Assembly (NCBI GenBank): GCA_050951325.1
Contig: JBMNIW010000008.1
Location: 192,001 to 256,000, forward strand
DNA length: 64,000 nucleotides
Source: Clostridia bacterium
GTDB taxonomy: Bacteria > Bacillota > Clostridia > UBA1212 > DUPL01
Reading direction: 5' to 3'
Shown: positions 60,184-64,000 of the stretch, piece by piece
Position numbering within the stretch: position 1 is the stretch's first letter
How the letters are laid out: each line of letters opens with the position of its first letter
Translations under genes and position numbers: made by a program
The notes under the pieces: model-generated
What the model was told of the DNA's origin: nothing
The model's input: only the letters and a program-made list of their open reading frames with translations
Databases searched by the model: none

Positions 60184-61257
60184 TTAATTATTTGTGATCA
60201 GGATGTTGTCTAGTTCAACTGTGATATCTGAAAACCATTTTGACTTTCTATATCTGTCAAGTCGTGGGTCATCCAGATCTGCCTTCATCAATCGCACCCA
60301 TTGCTTGTTGTCTTCAGGTGCTGCTGGTACAAAAATACCATCAAGTAATGGAAGCGATAGAGTATGCTCTTTGATATGTAAAGATTTCTTCACACATTCC
60401 AATGCTCTTGAAAGATGCTTTTTAACCATATTCTCGCCACTATTCAGTCCAGCCTCCATATACGCTATATCTTTGTGTAGGATATATAATTTCAATATAT
60501 CCTCATAGCTCATATCATCGTTTTTGTAAAATGTTTCATAAATATCCAAAACGGTCTTTAACACATTTAGTTTATACTCCAGCCCTCTTGAAATTTTATT
60601 ACTTTCAATTATTCCCATCGCCATATAGAATAGTTCCTTTGTGACCCAATATGTAAAAAAACCAACTTGTTCGATCAATTCATCATTGTCTAAAATCTGC
60701 GAAAAAATGACTTCCTGGCAATGGTTAATCTGAAATGACCGTAAAGCCCATTTTTCTGCCATTTCAAAATTTCCGTTTCTGGCGTATGTTTTTGCAATTA
60801 GTGCAATAGCCTGACCTTTGTAGTAATTAGGGGCATCACTGTTGTATATTTCTACACCTATATCTATTATCTCATCGCAGTATTTTACTCTGTCCGTATC
60901 ATAATACGTAGACAAAAGCATTTCCTTAACTTCAATATTGTTTGGCATTTTCTTGTATGCATCAAGCCATATTTCAAGTTTGCCAGGCATGTTGTTTCTG
61001 TGCAGTTCCCATGCTTTCATTTTGTATTCATCAAACAACATTTTTTCATTTATATTCTCTACTTGAAGCAATTCATCTACTGTTATTCCATAATAACGTG
61101 CTATAGCAGGTAGCAGCGAAATATCTGGACAGGAGTTGCCATTTTCCCATTTGCTAACAGATTGAAAAGATACATTCAAATACTGTGCAAGTTTTTCTTG
61201 CGAAATATTTTTTTCTTTCCTAAGGCTTTTTAGTTTCTCAGCCAGGTTTGCATTCAT
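60184..61257 (-). CDS. XRE-family HTH regulator with C-terminal helical/TPR-like domain
   Basis: ISQEKLAQYLNVSFQSVSKWENGNSCPDI; GAGGAG RBS before ATG 61257. Confidence 0.88.
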   Translation of the reverse strand: MNANLAEKLKSLRKEKNISQEKLAQYLNVSFQSVSKWENGNSCPDISLLPAIARYYGITVDELLQVENINEKMLFDEYKMKAWELHRNNMPGKLEIWLDAYKKMPNNIEVKEMLLSTYYDTDRVKYCDEIIDIGVEIYNSDAPNYYKGQAIALIAKTYARNGNFEMAEKWALRSFQINHCQEVIFSQILDNDELIEQVGFFTYWVTKELFYMAMGIIESNKISRGLEYKLNVLKTVLDIYETFYKNDDMSYEDILKLYILHKDIAYMEAGLNSGENMVKKHLSRALECVKKSLHIKEHTLSLPLLDGIFVPAAPEDNKQWVRLMKADLDDPRLDRYRKSKWFSDITVELDNILITNN

Positions 61258-61361
61258 TGCATTTCTCCTCACATTTCTATCATTATTTTCTGGCCACATA
61301 ATCATTATAGATTAATCTAATGATATTGGAATAACTTAATTGTCTAATAAATGTTTAATAG

Positions 61362-61378
61362 TTCAACCATAAGTTGAA
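61362..61378. promoter_or_regulatory. Inverted repeat, possible XRE autoregulatory operator
   Basis: TTCAAC-CATAA-GTTGAA upstream of the XRE gene. Confidence 0.4.
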
Positions 61379-61601
61379 TTTTGTACTGTAAAACTGCATT
61401 AATCCCATATTATTACTCTTGACAAAACTATTAATACAGACATATAATTGCAGACATATTCATACATTTATAAAAATTAATTTTATTCGGGTAAAAATAT
61501 TTTTAAGAAAAGTGTCGGTATGACAAACTTTGTATTTACAAATAAGTCAATATGATTTATTATATAAAATATCTTAATACATTATACATAGGAGGTATAT
61601 T

Positions 61602-62189
61602 ATGAAAAAGCTTTTTAGAATTATGTTCACACTCTTAATCGTGATTGTGTTATTCACTTTCAGCGTGACTGCCGCAGAGGAAAAGATGGATAAATTATCT
61701 TATGATACTGTTGGCTATACACCTGTTGGCGGCAGTGAAGTTATGCTTAAAGATGGAATGGCTGATGATTTTCTCAAGAATAACCCCCAGTCGTTTAACG
61801 AGGGCGAATGGGAATCCGTATATTTACGTGGTTGGGCTGGCGATTCTGCTCCCATTGAGACATTCGGCTATAAGATAGACGGTGGGGAATTCGTTGCGGG
61901 AGATTTTGCTCAAGCAACTGAGGAACCTGTTCGTGCAGCGGGCGGAGAACACGCTTCAAGGTTTAAAGTAGTTGTTCCTGTAAAAACACTCAAACCTGGA
62001 GAGCATGTTGCCACAGCATATGCAAAACTTACTGACGGAAGAATTTTGGAGATTGCGTCATTCCCGTTTACAGTTCTCGGTGATTCAGAAAACCCCGAAA
62101 CAGGTTCAAATACTATGGTTATAGTAATGTTTGCACTTGTTGCTATGAGCATGGCATTTGTATTAACAAAGAAGAGAGTTTACAATTAA
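61602..62189 (+). CDS. Small secreted, sortase-anchored (NPETG) Ig-like surface protein
   Basis: Signal peptide; C-terminal NPETG, hydrophobic segment and KKR tail; AGGAGG RBS. Confidence 0.82.
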   Translation: MKKLFRIMFTLLIVIVLFTFSVTAAEEKMDKLSYDTVGYTPVGGSEVMLKDGMADDFLKNNPQSFNEGEWESVYLRGWAGDSAPIETFGYKIDGGEFVAGDFAQATEEPVRAAGGEHASRFKVVVPVKTLKPGEHVATAYAKLTDGRILEIASFPFTVLGDSENPETGSNTMVIVMFALVAMSMAFVLTKKRVYN

Positions 62190-62210
62190 AAGCTTTACAA
62201 ATCAAATGCG

Positions 62211-62242
62211 AATCAACCCTGCGTACGCAGGGTTGATTTTTT
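62211..62242. terminator. Intrinsic terminator
   Basis: AATCAACCCTGCG-TA-CGCAGGGTTGATT-TTTT. Confidence 0.88.
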
Positions 62243-62261
62243 ATACGAATACAGTTAAGTA

Positions 62262-63276
62262 TTATTCTCCCTTGATATCGACGACTTCGCTATTTCCGTC
62301 TAGGATTTCAGCACACAAACGCATGGATTCGCCGATGGCTGCGTCTATATCATCCTCTGTTACCCCCAGCTTTTCACAACCAAGAGATTTATCTATATAC
62401 GTTTCAGCACACATCACATCGGCAAACTTCACCATATGAAGTCCACCCTCATGTCCAGCTTTCTTCTGCTTTGCCATAAGCTGCTTTCCACCTAATTTAT
62501 ACATCCAGTCAGGTATGGTCTTTATCTTTTTCTCAGGGCAGCCGAGATGCTTTTTAGCTATTGTCAGGAACTCCACCCAAGTCATATTGTACCAGCCGAT
62601 AGGATAGCAGTTTCCTCCCTTGTTGTGGGTCAGCGCTCCTGCGAGTGCCTGCCCTGCCTGCCGTACTGTAATCATGGTTGTTCCACCCCTGGGATACATT
62701 ATTGTCCCTTTGGCAGAGCGTATCATTTCAGCTATAAACATCCACACTGGCGCTTTCGGCCCTTTTGTGTACCAAATATGTATGGAAGCTCCAACACCGC
62801 CACATCGAAGTTCTCATCAGCAAAAGACATAGCCATATTTTCCTTATCTATACGGGAACGTATATACGGATGCCAGCGACAAAGATCTTTCTCAGGCCAT
62901 ATCTTGGCAAAGTAAGAAAAGTACGAACCGCAGATGGCAACGTGCTTCACACCGCTTTCTTTTGCAATTCGCAGCAGCCTCTCGAGTGGTGTGATGTTAT
63001 ACTTTTTGAACATATCATAGATTGGTGGAGGTCCTTCAATACGTTCGTCCACACCAGCAGCAAACACAAAACCATCGCATCCTTCAAAGTACTGCTTAAT
63101 CTGTTCATCACTTAAATCGAGATAGCTGCCGAATTCTATCTTCATCTCAGGCGGAAGATCCGCACCCGGCGGGATTTGCGGAAGGGCCAGGGCAGTAACC
63201 TCATGTCCTGCTGAAATAAGCTGCTTTGCACACTCGCTTCCTAATAGTCCAGTTCCTCCGATTATAAATCCTTCAT
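62262..63276 (-). CDS. NAD-dependent epimerase/dehydratase family protein (frameshifts near 63268 and 62756)
   Basis: With one base restored the start reads MKxFIIGGTGLLG; then FAAGVDER, HPYIRSR and LELPYIFG, continuing into PVWMFIAEM...YPRGGTTMIT. Confidence 0.82.
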
Positions 63277-63386
63277 ATTAATTCTCCTTTTCATTTTTAT
63301 ACTGGCATATACCCAGCAAGTTAGCTTATACTACAATTATATAGTGGCAACTCCTCAACTGATGGCAATGTACCGGGAGGTACATT

Positions 63387-63546
63387 TTACTGTTCAACCT
63401 TCTTTTCCCACATCAATAGTTTTTCACTTTGCGTCATCTTCAATACCTTCCTAACTTATGAGTGTTCTGCTTTAATACATCTTTTTGCTCTATCATTCTC
63501 GCAAACATTCATTCATCTCACAAGGTGTATTCTATTTGACGCTTAC
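63387..63546 (-). mobile_element. IS66-family left-end remnant with truncated tnpA start
   Basis: Minus strand begins GTAAGCGTCAAATAGAATACACC (IS66-type terminus), then AGGAAGG RBS and MTQSEKLLMWEKKVEQ*, resembling a TnpA N-terminus. Confidence 0.6.
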
Positions 63547-63788
63547 GTTTCTAACAGCTTTGTTTGATATAACAATAAATATAACTCCTGTTCAGCAGGT
63601 GCTACTTCGTATTTTTCTCTATAAAAATTATCCCCGTATACTTCAGACATAATAACTACGTCTTCAGGTAAACTTTTGTCCTCTTTAATTAGCGCATTAA
63701 AATCTTTCTGTTCTTCTATTGAACATTCTACGTATTCTATAATTCCCATATCCCATTGTAAATCTTTAACTTTAGTTTTCATATCCAT
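63543..63788 (-). pseudogene. Hypothetical protein, probably truncated by the IS66 end
   Basis: GGGGG RBS; its TAA stop lies inside the GTAAGCG terminus. Confidence 0.55.
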
Positions 63789-64000
63789 GTTAAACCCCCA
63801 ATAATTTATATGTTTACTTCAGTAAAATACTACCACATTGTAAGTTAAATGAAAAGTAAAGCAAATGTTTTAATTGCTAAGGGTCAAATTTAAACTCCCT
63901 CCAGCGTCATAAACACTTCCTCCAATACTTTCTCCACCTCTAATAGCCCTGTCAAGAACTATAATAGCCGCCACAGTACCATATATATATAAATATTATC

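Noticed and set aside
1-64000. CRISPR array, rRNA, tRNA, prophage, integrase, retron or DGR
   Set aside because: I saw no regularly spaced repeats, structural RNA signatures, reverse transcriptase or phage genes.
63850-64000. 3' end of a minus-strand gene at the window edge
   Set aside because: All three minus-strand frames hit stops within the segment, so I could not assign a frame or product.

Overview
This is a gene-dense chromosomal segment from a low-GC, sigmaA-type Firmicute, most likely an anaerobic Clostridia-class bacterium (inferred from gene content). I found no rRNA, tRNA, CRISPR array or prophage. Carbohydrate genes dominate: GH-like lipoproteins, GH20, GH32/43-like, GH38, a GH78-GH3-MFS-AraC locus, an FGGY kinase and a BadF-type kinase. 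Also present are metY-ridA with a palindromic operator, a GlpP-controlled glycerol-3-phosphate dehydrogenase-type operon, two ECF sigma/anti-sigma modules, a DUF4132 gene pair and several deletion or IS scars. At least eight reading-frame breaks are each fixed by a single-base indel, mostly in short homopolymers, so they are probably long-read assembly errors. The best candidates for undescribed biology are: (1) an unannotated 34-aa peptide gene with a lasso/RRE-type leader (YxxP...TAS), translationally coupled to a large secreted protein that ends in a distinctive 'GSQIR...GLRF...ARAF' C-terminal domain; (2) a flavoprotein with three N-terminal rubredoxin modules fused to a KstD-like enzyme that appears to retain the catalytic tyrosine motifs; (3) an orphan RsgI-type autoproteolytic domain with no sigma-binding domain, behind a SigI-like promoter; and (4) a stand-alone DUF692/MNIO-like enzyme next to a deletion scar. 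All family assignments are from reading motifs by eye; no database searches were run.
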